From Bdellovibrio sp. ZAP7 (lineage in GTDB: Bacteria > Bdellovibrionota > FAC87 > UBA2466): a stretch of DNA of 64,000 nucleotides. A program made the translations under genes and the position numbers. The DNA is taken from assembly GCA_945878405.1 (NCBI GenBank), contig CAMCTJ010000005.1:22350-86349 (forward strand), written 5' to 3'. Each line of letters begins with the position of its first letter. Position 1 is the first letter of the stretch. The notes beneath the pieces were generated by a model that saw nothing but the letters and a program-made list of their open reading frames with translations, was not told the origin of the DNA and searched no databases. Of this stretch, positions 38,359-47,604 are shown piece after piece.

Positions 38359-40059
38359 GTGCGCTTATTATCAAAACAATTTCCCTGGAGAAGCTTCTAC
38401 CGAGTTGCCTTAGTGCAGACTGTTTTCGTTGTAGTCGCCATTGGGGTTTCGGGACTAGCCGGAAGATATTTTTTTAAAAAAGTTTTTGTAGAACAAGTTC
38501 GTGCTCAATTAGAAGATAGTCTGCGGATCCTTTCCAAAATAGTACCTCAAACTGTTCCCGCGTCGTGGTGCCAGGAGTTTTCTACCGGTACGGGTTTCCA
38601 GCTCGCCGTTCTTGATTCCCAGGGAAAAACACTTTGTGAATCGTCATCAGATTCAGTGGCTTCGATGGACGAAAAACACCTGAGTGTTGTTTTGAGTGTC
38701 CCTTCAAAAAATCTTTCCCTGCGGGCCTCTCTTCCCTTGGATTCCCTCGGAGAGATGATTCGCGTTTATAACACTTCACTGGGTTTCTTTCTGGTCGGTT
38801 TGATGCTGGCTTTGTTTTTGGTTGGGCTTTGGTATGCAAGAAGACTTGTCTTTCCCTTGGGACGACTCCTTGTAAAAACCCAGAACTTAGTTGCGAGGCA
38901 CCCGCGAGTACTAACCGAGGAGGATCTTGAAGAAGAAGCTTTTGGGGAATGGTCTGATCTCGAATCCAGCATTGACGATTTGGGAAAGAATCTCGAATCA
39001 ACCGTTCAAAGCTTAACGACAGAACAAGTTGAGTTGGATGCCATTATGGGATCAATCTCGGATGCTATTTTGGCGGTCGATCAAGAAGAAATCCCCATTT
39101 TTTATAACAGTCGTTTTGAAATGATTTTTGGAGGAGGAAAAGTCCGCCGGAATGTAAAATTATGGGAGATTTTAAGAGATCCTGAGATTTTAAAATCCTA
39201 CAAGAGAGCTTTAACCGAAGGCAAGTCCGGGGGAACCCGCGCTTTTTCACTGGAAACAGAAAACCAGCCAAAACGGTATTTCTCACTGTCTGTTTCCCCT
39301 CTCAGAAGGCATGGCGGTTCTATCTACGGAGCTTTAGGGATATTTCACGATATTACCGAGCTTAAGGCAGCCGAGCAGATGCGAATTGATTTCGTAGCAA
39401 ATGTCTCGCATGAGCTGCGAACCCCACTGACCGCAATTAAGGGCTACACAGAGACTTTGATTTTAGATCACGAGAAAATGGGAGGCGCCGAAGCCGATCG
39501 TGAGTATTTGAATATTATCGCCCGTAACTCAGAACGCTTGATGAACCTGATGGGTGATTTGCTTGAGCTGTCTGCTCTCGAATCAAGCCTTCTTTTACAG
39601 AAAGAAGTCATCTCTACCCGAGAAATCAGCGAACGCATTTTGAAACAATTAGCTCCACGTCTTCAGAAGAAGAGTCAAAGTGCAGATCTCAAAGTAGAAG
39701 CGCTTTCAGTCACTGCCGACCCTAATCGGGTTGAGCAGGTCCTCATCAATCTGTTGGATAACGCGAGCAAGTACACTCCAGAGGGTGGGAAGATCACGGT
39801 TTCTTGGGAGCTTGATCGAAAAGGGGGACGAGATACCTTTTTAAAAGTTCAGGATACGGGCCCAGGAATTCCGATGGAACATCTCGGGCGTCTTTTTGAA
39901 CGTTTTTATCGAATTGATAAGGCCCGCTCCAGAGAGCAAGGGGGCACGGGTTTAGGTTTGGCGATTGTGAAACACATCATGCAAAGACACGAAGGAGCGG
40001 TTTGGGTGGAGAGTTCCCCAGGCCAAGGGTCCTTGTTTACCTGCCGTTTCCCTGGTTAA
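38359..40059 (+). CDS. phoR: Phosphate regulon sensor histidine kinase
   Basis: 2 TM, HAMP/PAS-like region, FVANVSHELRTPLT, NLLDNA, GTGLGLAIVKH. Confidence 0.92.
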   Translation: MRLLSKQFPWRSFYRVALVQTVFVVVAIGVSGLAGRYFFKKVFVEQVRAQLEDSLRILSKIVPQTVPASWCQEFSTGTGFQLAVLDSQGKTLCESSSDSVASMDEKHLSVVLSVPSKNLSLRASLPLDSLGEMIRVYNTSLGFFLVGLMLALFLVGLWYARRLVFPLGRLLVKTQNLVARHPRVLTEEDLEEEAFGEWSDLESSIDDLGKNLESTVQSLTTEQVELDAIMGSISDAILAVDQEEIPIFYNSRFEMIFGGGKVRRNVKLWEILRDPEILKSYKRALTEGKSGGTRAFSLETENQPKRYFSLSVSPLRRHGGSIYGALGIFHDITELKAAEQMRIDFVANVSHELRTPLTAIKGYTETLILDHEKMGGAEADREYLNIIARNSERLMNLMGDLLELSALESSLLLQKEVISTREISERILKQLAPRLQKKSQSADLKVEALSVTADPNRVEQVLINLLDNASKYTPEGGKITVSWELDRKGGRDTFLKVQDTGPGIPMEHLGRLFERFYRIDKARSREQGGTGLGLAIVKHIMQRHEGAVWVESSPGQGSLFTCRFPG

Positions 40060-40160
40060 TCAGATACTTAATGCGATGAGCTATAATAAAAATATTTTTT
40101 AAGTTTAGTTCGCATCCTGTTAGTTTTTTGTTAAGGTTGCTTTTTTTCGTGGGGAAAAAA

Positions 40161-41522
40161 ATGAAACTTTTAGTTCTAGCGATTTTAGCTTCATTAAGTT
40201 TTGCTTCTAATGAACCGGTTCGCCTGATGCCTTTGGAAAAATGGCTTCCCCAACAAGAGCAAATCGCTATCAGAAATCTTCTCCGAAATATTTCTCCCGC
40301 AGGAACAGCCAAAGGCGTTGTGGTTGCTTCGCCGTCTCGACAAGATCCCGATTATTGGTTCCACTGGGTAAGAGATGCCGCTTTAGTGATGAATGTGATT
40401 GTGGAGGACTACTCCAAAGCCACCACTCCTGAAAAGAAAGCTTATTTTTTAGAGATGCTCTGGGATTATGTTGAGTTTTCTCGGTTAAACCAAATGACTC
40501 CAACCCCGAGTGGGGGGCCAGGAGAACCCAAATTCAATGTCGATGGAAGTGCTTTTGTGGGGCCCTGGGGGCGTCCTCAAAATGACGGACCCGCTCTTCG
40601 AGCTTTGACTTTGATGCGATTTGCGCGAGCCCTTATTTCTGAATCGAAATCCGATGAGATTCGCCGGATAGGTTCTATCATTAAGTACGATCTGGAATTT
40701 GTTTCCCACCATTGGCGAGAGGCTTCCTTTGATCTGTGGGAAGAAATCAAGGGTCACCATTTTTACACTCTGATTAACCAGTATCAGGCGCTGGTTGACG
40801 GTTCTTCATACCTGTCGCTTCTAGGAGATAAGGGAGCAGCCGAGTGGTACGAAAAACAGGCTCACGAAATAAAAGTTCAATTGAATAAATTTTGGGATTC
40901 CCAGCACAGTTTTATTGTAAGCACCCGAAATCGTGTGGGGGGAATTGATTACAAGAAATCAAACTTAGATTCCTCAGTGCTGTTAGGTGTCCTTCACGCA
41001 AACACAACGGATATTTTCTCTGTAGATGATCCAAAAGTGGAAGCCACCGTTTTGAAATTGAAGCAAACTTTCAAAACTCTTTACAGTATCAATCAATCTG
41101 GTCCTGCCGGAGTAGCCGTTGGGCGTTATCCCGAAGACAAATACGATGGTTATTCTTCGCATGGCGATGGCAATCCCTGGATTCTCATCACTAATGGCTT
41201 TGCGGAGTACTATTATCGATTAGGTAAAATGTACCTGAATAGGAAAAGAATCATCATTACACCTTCCAACAAAGATTTTTTCCGCGACTTGGGGTTTGAT
41301 TTGTCTTTGGGAGTTATTGATCAAAGCTCTCGAACGTTCAGCACTCTGATTGAACGACTTCAAACCGAAGGCGATGCATACCTAACCCGGGTAAAATACC
41401 ATCTCGATTCAGATGGCCAGATGTCCGAACAAATGAATCGTTGGTCTGGCTTCTTACAAGGGGCAAGAGATTTGACCTGGAGCTATGCAAGCTTCTTAAC
41501 GGCTCTACAATCGCGCTTTTAA
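40161..41522 (+). CDS. Secreted GH15 glucoamylase (fungal-type catalytic domain)
   Basis: Signal peptide; ASPS..PDY..WVRDAAL, GEPKF..DG...WGRPQNDGPALRA, DLWEE, GRYPED.Y..GNPW, SEQ..ARDLTWSYAS. Confidence 0.92.
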   Translation: MKLLVLAILASLSFASNEPVRLMPLEKWLPQQEQIAIRNLLRNISPAGTAKGVVVASPSRQDPDYWFHWVRDAALVMNVIVEDYSKATTPEKKAYFLEMLWDYVEFSRLNQMTPTPSGGPGEPKFNVDGSAFVGPWGRPQNDGPALRALTLMRFARALISESKSDEIRRIGSIIKYDLEFVSHHWREASFDLWEEIKGHHFYTLINQYQALVDGSSYLSLLGDKGAAEWYEKQAHEIKVQLNKFWDSQHSFIVSTRNRVGGIDYKKSNLDSSVLLGVLHANTTDIFSVDDPKVEATVLKLKQTFKTLYSINQSGPAGVAVGRYPEDKYDGYSSHGDGNPWILITNGFAEYYYRLGKMYLNRKRIIITPSNKDFFRDLGFDLSLGVIDQSSRTFSTLIERLQTEGDAYLTRVKYHLDSDGQMSEQMNRWSGFLQGARDLTWSYASFLTALQSRF

Positions 41523-42629
41523 GTGGCTATGACAGTCTCTAACGACTCTATTAATCGCCAAAAAATCAGACTCTGGACGCATCGACTTATTGAAGAATAT
41601 CGCCACATTCAGTTTACCTATAACTTAAAAACTAAGATTCCCGTGATTCAAATCGACAATACGTCAGTGCGTTGGGGCTCTTGGGATTCCGTCACTCGAA
41701 CGTTATCGATATCTCAAAGACTGATTGAGAGGTATCCCTGGGAAACGGTATTGGAGATCTTCAAACACGAAATTGCTCATCAACTCATCACAGATGAGGG
41801 GCAGGAGCAAACTATTCATGGCCCTGCTTTCAAAGCTGCTTGCGAACGACTGGGAGTCGCTCCTTGGGCCTGCAGAGCTGAAACAAAAGAGATTCCCACG
41901 GAAGCCCCTCTCAGAACTGGGGAAGTTTCCTCGGAAGAAAAACGGCTCTTGGAACGGGCGGAAAAATTGCTGAGTCTTGCCACTTCAGATAATGAACACG
42001 AGGCTCTTCTTGCAATGCAGAAGGTACAAGAGCTCTATGCTAAATATAACTTGAAGCGAATTCAGGAAAAAAAGGAAGCTCATTGGGGATATCTTCTTTT
42101 GAAGCTTAAAAAGAAGCGAGTAGAGAGATACCAATCAGTCATTGCCTCTCTCCTGAATGAACATTTCTTCGTAGAAGTGATTCATACTTCTCTTTTTGAT
42201 TCCGAATCCTGCTCTGATTTTAAAGTCCTCGAATTATTAGGCACCCGAGAAAATGTTTTGATGGCCGAGTATGTTTTTCATTTTTTAGAGAATCAACTGT
42301 CTGGGCTGTGGAAGGCTTATCGCCCCAGTCAAACCCTGGGGATTGCTTCTCGAAACAGCTTTTATCTCGGCGTGCTTGAGGGGTTTAGAGAAAAGCTCAA
42401 TAAGTTCGATTTCCCATCGGACACATCGGTTTCCTTGATTGTGAGACAAGATGAGGGACTCAGAAAGCTGGTTAAGGGCCGATACCCTAAATTAAATCGA
42501 TTGAGCGGAGGCCGTCGCTTGCACGACGGACAAGCCTATGCTGCGGGAAAGAAAGAGGGGCATAGCCTAGTGATACGCAAAGGTATTTCCAAATCCGATG
42601 GATATTTAAGAAAGCTATTAAGATCTTAA
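41523..42629 (+). CDS. SprT-like metalloprotease domain plus DUF2786 protein
   Basis: HEIAH (HExxH), HGPAFK; 'KLLSLATSDNEHEA..A..K..EL..KYNL' (DUF2786-like). Confidence 0.8.
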   Translation: MAMTVSNDSINRQKIRLWTHRLIEEYRHIQFTYNLKTKIPVIQIDNTSVRWGSWDSVTRTLSISQRLIERYPWETVLEIFKHEIAHQLITDEGQEQTIHGPAFKAACERLGVAPWACRAETKEIPTEAPLRTGEVSSEEKRLLERAEKLLSLATSDNEHEALLAMQKVQELYAKYNLKRIQEKKEAHWGYLLLKLKKKRVERYQSVIASLLNEHFFVEVIHTSLFDSESCSDFKVLELLGTRENVLMAEYVFHFLENQLSGLWKAYRPSQTLGIASRNSFYLGVLEGFREKLNKFDFPSDTSVSLIVRQDEGLRKLVKGRYPKLNRLSGGRRLHDGQAYAAGKKEGHSLVIRKGISKSDGYLRKLLRS

Positions 42630-42683
42630 TAGTTTAGCGGTGCCCCCCTTGCTGTGAATGCTCTCTGCAGGTATTATAAAGGT

Positions 42684-42941
42684 ATGAAAAAAAATACCAA
42701 ATCGAGTATTACCCTGCCTTCCAAAGAATATGCTTTGGTTTTGGAGCTAAAAAAAATATTAAAAGCGAAAAGCAATGTCGATGTGATTAGGCGTGGCTTA
42801 TTGAAATTAAAGGAGGGCTCTGAGAGGGAATCTTTAAGAGCACAGTTTTCAGAAGCTTCTCAGAAAGTCCGCAAGTCCACGTTGGATGAATTAAAGCTCC
42901 TCGATCATTTAGCTAGCGAAGGAATGAAAAAGAAAAAATGA
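42684..42941 (+). CDS. Putative antitoxin (ribbon-helix-helix-like)
   Basis: Small and basic; 'SSITLP...DVIRRGL'; ATGA-coupled upstream of the PemK/MazF toxin. Confidence 0.7.
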   Translation: MKKNTKSSITLPSKEYALVLELKKILKAKSNVDVIRRGLLKLKEGSERESLRAQFSEASQKVRKSTLDELKLLDHLASEGMKKKK

Positions 42942-43288
42942 ATGAAATCGTAATCAAACATGGTTTCATGTATCTGGCTGATCTGAGCCCCAGTAGGGGA
43001 ACTGAGGCCGGGAAGCTTCGGCCGGTTGTAGTCATACAAACTAATTTTTTGAATGAAGCATACCATCCGTCGACTTGGGTGCTTCCTTGTACAACTCAAT
43101 TAACCTCTGAGAATTTACTCCGAGTTCGTTTGCCCAAAAATATAGCGGGTAATACTGAGGAATGTGATGTGATGATTGACCAGAGTCGAGCTATTGATAA
43201 TCAGCGTTTTAGAAAGGAATTATTTTCTGTCCCGAGCCTCTTACTGCGTGAGATCAAAGATAAATTGCGTTTGGCAGGAGACTTATAA
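42938..43288 (+). CDS. Type II toxin, PemK/MazF endoribonuclease family
   Basis: ADLSP..GTE.GK.RPVVVIQ; PCTT; DQSRAID..R. Confidence 0.92.
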   Translation: MNEIVIKHGFMYLADLSPSRGTEAGKLRPVVVIQTNFLNEAYHPSTWVLPCTTQLTSENLLRVRLPKNIAGNTEECDVMIDQSRAIDNQRFRKELFSVPSLLLREIKDKLRLAGDL

Positions 43289-44395
43289 ACCACTTTCACT
43301 AGCTAACTTTCCCAGAATCAGATCGCACACGGTATTTTTTCGAGTTAATTTTTTCCAAAAAGTCGTCTTTTCTGCATACTCATTGGCGAGATCTGCGTTT
43401 TTTGAAAAAACTTGTCGAATGGCGCGTTCTGCTCGTGATTTTAAATCCTCTGATGAATTCCCAAGCCTTTGAATAAAGTCAGCTAAGAAGGAAAGCTTTT
43501 CTCGAGGCGACAAAGCAGGCGGAACACTGCGAATCAAAGAGCCTAATTCATGAGATTGAACCCAATTGCTCCCTATTCGATTGAACCCATGCTCTAAGAG
43601 AGCTTGTGCCACTTGCATTTCAGCCGAGCTGGCTTCAGAAGAACCAAAGCGTGCAGCGAATAGCTCTGGGATATTCTCAAAGGCTCGTTCTCTTTCTTCG
43701 GTGGGGGTTGTTGATTGAAGAAAAGCCCCTGCACGATTGAGTCTTTCTAATCGTTCCATGAGCGCGTCTAGAAAAACAGATTTGTTGTTCGTATTTTCAA
43801 AAACGGATTTTTCAAGTTTGTTGGTTAGTCCACCCCGAAAAGCTTTTACCGAACTACCAGTGAGTTGAGTATATCCGTCAAGACTTCGAAGAATCTCCAA
43901 GAGGGTTTCTGGCTTTTCACGAACTAAATCGGTTTCGTGTTTTTTCAAAAATTCTTCGAGAGCCTCCCACTCACCTTCCTCTTTTGCTCCACGACTCGGG
44001 AGGGGGGAAAGGGGAGAGCGGCGATTGAGCTGCTGGAATCGGGGGAGTTTTTTAAAGGTGCTGGGCCCGAAAGAGTTATCTCTCCAAGCTTCTTCTAAGA
44101 TACGACTCGCTTCGTCTCTAGCAGCCTTCTTATCTTGATTCACTTCAACTTTTCGAGTCTGTCTTTTTTGAATATCTTCCCAAGCTCTTTGAACTTCTTT
44201 AAATCTTTTTTCTGCTTCGGCTTTAGGTAGGGAAGAGACATCAGGATGTTCCATTCGTGCTTTATTCAAATAAGCTTTTTTGATTTCTTCCGGGGAGGCA
44301 TCAGAGGAAACCCCAAGCACTTGGTAGGGATCGGCGCAGAGGAGGGCACCCTGCAGGTACAGAAAAACGAAGAATGTTAGCGGGCGTAAGGCCAT
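43283..44395 (-). CDS. J-domain (DnaJ-like) protein with N-terminal signal/TM segment
   Basis: DPYQVLGV...EEIKKAY...HPD...FKEVQRAWE directly after a hydrophobic leader; unrecognised helical C-terminus. Confidence 0.8.
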   Translation of the reverse strand: MALRPLTFFVFLYLQGALLCADPYQVLGVSSDASPEEIKKAYLNKARMEHPDVSSLPKAEAEKRFKEVQRAWEDIQKRQTRKVEVNQDKKAARDEASRILEEAWRDNSFGPSTFKKLPRFQQLNRRSPLSPLPSRGAKEEGEWEALEEFLKKHETDLVREKPETLLEILRSLDGYTQLTGSSVKAFRGGLTNKLEKSVFENTNNKSVFLDALMERLERLNRAGAFLQSTTPTEERERAFENIPELFAARFGSSEASSAEMQVAQALLEHGFNRIGSNWVQSHELGSLIRSVPPALSPREKLSFLADFIQRLGNSSEDLKSRAERAIRQVFSKNADLANEYAEKTTFWKKLTRKNTVCDLILGKLASESGL

Positions 44396-44477
44396 CTAAA
44401 TTCTCTGGAAAACCAAAAACCCCAAAAGACCTATCCAGCTCAGAAAAGCTACAGCACGTGTTAGGCTCATTTCCCTC

Positions 44478-44504
44478 TTATCGGAATGCTGCAGCATTCC
44501 TTAA
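44478..44504 (-). promoter_or_regulatory. Sigma-28-like promoter enclosing a perfect 18-bp palindrome
   Basis: Minus strand TTAA-N15-TCCGATAA; GGAATGCTGCAGCATTCC at 44483-44500. Confidence 0.5.
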
Positions 44505-45505
44505 GAGGAGAGATACTTTGTGAGAAAACCTTCAAAAAGTCGTGTTTGACCGGTTTTAAGAAAGTAGTCTGTTTCGGCTAGAAGCTGGATACCCCTATCC
44601 AGTTCTCTCTCCGTTTGAGATTGGGCCAAATCTTGGAGTTTTGTAACAAAGAAAGGGTGGGTGCCCAGTTTGGGGCCAAGCACTTTCGGGTCTCGAACTC
44701 CTTGTTTCATGAGTTTCTGGCAGCGAGCTACTAATCGAAATTGCCTTACCAAAATAGAGAGTATTTTTATTTCCGATTCTCCTTCAAGGTGTAACGCTTC
44801 AAAACCGCGCATGACCTGAAACTTATTTTTGGAAATGACATCTTCAGCAAATTTAAAAATATCTGCTCGCATAGAATTTGAGAGCAGATCGTCGATATCC
44901 TTTTGAGTAATCGTATTTCGATTTCCCACATAGGTTGCAGCTTTTTGAAGTTCCTGCCAAACCAAACTCAAAGACTTGCCAGAAAACTCAACGCACTTTT
45001 CCCACGCTGGACTTTCAATTTTCTTTCCACATTTTTTTTCAAAGTAACCTTGCCACCGGGGCCATTCTCGATCATAGGGTTCACTGACTTCAACGAGGAT
45101 TCCCTTTTGTTGGACTGCCTTCACCCAGCTTTTTCGCTTATCAAGCTTAGTGGCTACAATGAGAAAAATGGTGCTGGTGGACGGGTTTTCAAAGTAAGGT
45201 TTCAGAATCTCGAGTGAGTTAGCGGAAAACTTATCAAAGCGATCACAGCGAATCAATCGTATGCTGTCTGGGCCATCAAAAAGCCCGGGCAACATTTCAA
45301 GAGAAGAAAGAAGTTGATCTGCTTTCCCTGTTTCCCCATCAAAGCACTCATAACTGAAAGCAGCTTCTGAATCCGTTTTAATAAAATGATTTTTTATTCG
45401 AGAAGTAATTTCCGAAATCTGAAACGGCTCTTCTCCCACAATGACGTAATAGGGGCGTGTTTGATTTTTATCTAATTCTTTAAAAATCTGAGCTGCCTGA
45501 GACAC
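44501..45505 (-). CDS. holA: DNA polymerase III subunit delta
   Basis: YYVIVGEEPF, KLDKRK, ELQK, IFKF.E, HPFFV, D..LKTG; adjacent to lptE. Confidence 0.9.
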   Translation of the reverse strand: MSQAAQIFKELDKNQTRPYYVIVGEEPFQISEITSRIKNHFIKTDSEAAFSYECFDGETGKADQLLSSLEMLPGLFDGPDSIRLIRCDRFDKFSANSLEILKPYFENPSTSTIFLIVATKLDKRKSWVKAVQQKGILVEVSEPYDREWPRWQGYFEKKCGKKIESPAWEKCVEFSGKSLSLVWQELQKAATYVGNRNTITQKDIDDLLSNSMRADIFKFAEDVISKNKFQVMRGFEALHLEGESEIKILSILVRQFRLVARCQKLMKQGVRDPKVLGPKLGTHPFFVTKLQDLAQSQTERELDRGIQLLAETDYFLKTGQTRLFEGFLTKYLSS

Positions 45506-46114
45506 TTAAAAAACCTCCACCATAGAATCATAAACGTCCCGCATGATATCCCGAGCAATTAGAGTGTAGCTGTTTTCAATGAGAGATTCGGTAGTCACAC
45601 CTAGGCTAGAGGGCGCATCGACATCCATCATTCTGTTGAGGGGAGCGGTGACTCTCTGATAGGCGCTAAATTCTTTCGAATATTTTACGGTTTTGGTCTC
45701 AGGATCTATCATTTCAACCAGAACAAAAACCCGCACGCCAATTTGATCCGGAACGCGCTGGTAGGCTTCTAAGCGTTTTAGTCCAGCAGCACTTTGTACT
45801 TCCACTTCTCTTCGAACTTGCGAAACCGTTCCCCGAAGTTCAAACGCGCCTTCGTTACGTTCAAACGCAACTTTTTCTCCGTGACTCAGAAGTTCTCGGA
45901 TTAAAGCATTGGTAAAAACGATCTCAGAACCCACTTCTTGGGTTTTATTTTGAAAAACGGGTACAAAAATTCCTCGAGGGCTTTTGAACGTGTCTTGGAG
46001 ACGATGATTCAAGGTGTAACCACAGCCAGCGATGAGTTCTATAAAAAGCACACAGAAAACGGCGAATCTCTTGCCACTTTGAGGGGGAACACAGTATTTT
46101 TTATGAGAAATCAT
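45506..46114 (-). CDS. lptE: LPS assembly lipoprotein LptE
   Basis: IAGCGYTL lipobox, 'IFVPVFQNKT'; canonical lptE-holA synteny. Confidence 0.8.
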   Translation of the reverse strand: MISHKKYCVPPQSGKRFAVFCVLFIELIAGCGYTLNHRLQDTFKSPRGIFVPVFQNKTQEVGSEIVFTNALIRELLSHGEKVAFERNEGAFELRGTVSQVRREVEVQSAAGLKRLEAYQRVPDQIGVRVFVLVEMIDPETKTVKYSKEFSAYQRVTAPLNRMMDVDAPSSLGVTTESLIENSYTLIARDIMRDVYDSMVEVF

Positions 46115-46148
46115 TGGTCTGCCAACTTATATCGAGAGAGGGCCCAGA

Positions 46149-47327
46149 ATGAAAGAAGTAGTCGTCGTTTCAGCCGTTAGAACCCCGATTGGGGCTTATT
46201 TAGGGTCTTTAAAAGAGCACTCAGCACCGCAATTAGCCGCTTTCGCCGTGAAGGAAGCGGTGCGCCAAGCTTCCATTTCCGCAAATGACATTGAGGAATG
46301 TCTCATAGGCAATGTTCTCTCAGCGGGTCTGGGGCAAGCGCCTGCGCGTCAAGCCGCTATTTTTGGCGGGCTTCCGAATTCAGTCAGATGTACGACCATT
46401 AATCGAGTCTGCGGGAGCGGCTTAAAAACCGTGATGTTGGCCACGCAGATGATTCAAGCTGGGGACGCCGAAGTGGTATTGGCGGGTGGCATGGAGAGTA
46501 TGAGTCGGGCGCCTTATCTGCTGGATAAAGCCAGAGAGGGCTACCGAATGGGTCATGGAAAACTTATCGATGCCATGATTCACGATGGGCTTTGGGATGT
46601 TTATCATAATAGCCACATGGGAGATTCCGCCGAGCTCTGCGCTTCGGAGAAAAAAATTTCAAGAGCTGATCAAGACACTTTTGCAAAGGCCAGTTATCAG
46701 CGCGCGATGGCAGCTATCGAAGCTGGAAAATTCAAATCTGAGATAGTTCCAGTTCCTTACACAGAAGGAAAAGAGAAGAAAATTCTTGAACGAGACGAAG
46801 AACCTTTTCGAGCTAAATTAGATAAGTTCGGAGATCTGAAGCCCGCTTTCAAAAAAGAAGGCACAGTAACTGCTGCGAATGCCAGTAGCCTCAGTGATGG
46901 AGCTGCAGCGACCATGCTTTGTTCTTTGGATTACGCAAAGAAAAATAGATTGAAACCCCTTGCTAAAATCGTAGCGCAAGAAAGTTTCGCAAGAGAGCCT
47001 GAATGGTTCACTCTGGCGCCCGTGGGAGCTATCCAGAAGTTGCTTAAGAAAGCCGGCAAAAAAACAACAGATATTGATCTTTACGAAATCAATGAAGCCT
47101 TTTCTGTGGTTGCTTTGGGTTGTATTCGAGAACTGGGATTAGACGAAGCAAAAGTGAACGTTCGAGGGGGAGCCGTAGCCTTGGGCCATCCGATTGGGGC
47201 GAGTGGAACTCGAATCTTGGTCACGCTCATTCACGCTCTTCGACAGGAAAAGAAAAAACTCGGCATTGCCTCGCTTTGTATCGGGGGCGGGGAAGCAAGC
47301 GCTCTGCTGGTGGAGGCTTGTGAGTAA
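46149..47327 (+). CDS. atoB: Acetyl-CoA C-acetyltransferase (thiolase)
   Basis: RTPIG, NRVCGSG, NEAF, GHPIGASG, CIGGG. Confidence 0.93.
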   Translation: MKEVVVVSAVRTPIGAYLGSLKEHSAPQLAAFAVKEAVRQASISANDIEECLIGNVLSAGLGQAPARQAAIFGGLPNSVRCTTINRVCGSGLKTVMLATQMIQAGDAEVVLAGGMESMSRAPYLLDKAREGYRMGHGKLIDAMIHDGLWDVYHNSHMGDSAELCASEKKISRADQDTFAKASYQRAMAAIEAGKFKSEIVPVPYTEGKEKKILERDEEPFRAKLDKFGDLKPAFKKEGTVTAANASSLSDGAAATMLCSLDYAKKNRLKPLAKIVAQESFAREPEWFTLAPVGAIQKLLKKAGKKTTDIDLYEINEAFSVVALGCIRELGLDEAKVNVRGGAVALGHPIGASGTRILVTLIHALRQEKKKLGIASLCIGGGEASALLVEACE

Positions 47328-47604
47328 GCTTTCATTTCAAGCTGATTTACCGAGTACTCTCAAAAAAGAGCTGGGAGCTAAGATTTCCAAAGAATCCAGA
47401 TCGGTGAAAAGAAAGCTGAAGAAATCCCAATTAGAAGAAATGCAGTACCATCCGGGTCGAGTTTCACCCTTAGATTATTTGGTGTTCAAGATTTTGCATG
47501 GTCAGTTTGGTGAAAATTCTCACCCGGCCTTTCCTATTGCGATTGGAGTTTTTCGAAAGGGCCTTTCGCAAATTAAACGATTGATTTCTCACGGATCGTT
47601 ATGA
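47320..47604 (+). CDS. Hypothetical protein (~94 aa)
   Basis: GTG behind GGAGG overlaps the thiolase end; ATGA overlap with the downstream glycosyltransferase. Confidence 0.5.
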   Translation: MSKLSFQADLPSTLKKELGAKISKESRSVKRKLKKSQLEEMQYHPGRVSPLDYLVFKILHGQFGENSHPAFPIAIGVFRKGLSQIKRLISHGSL

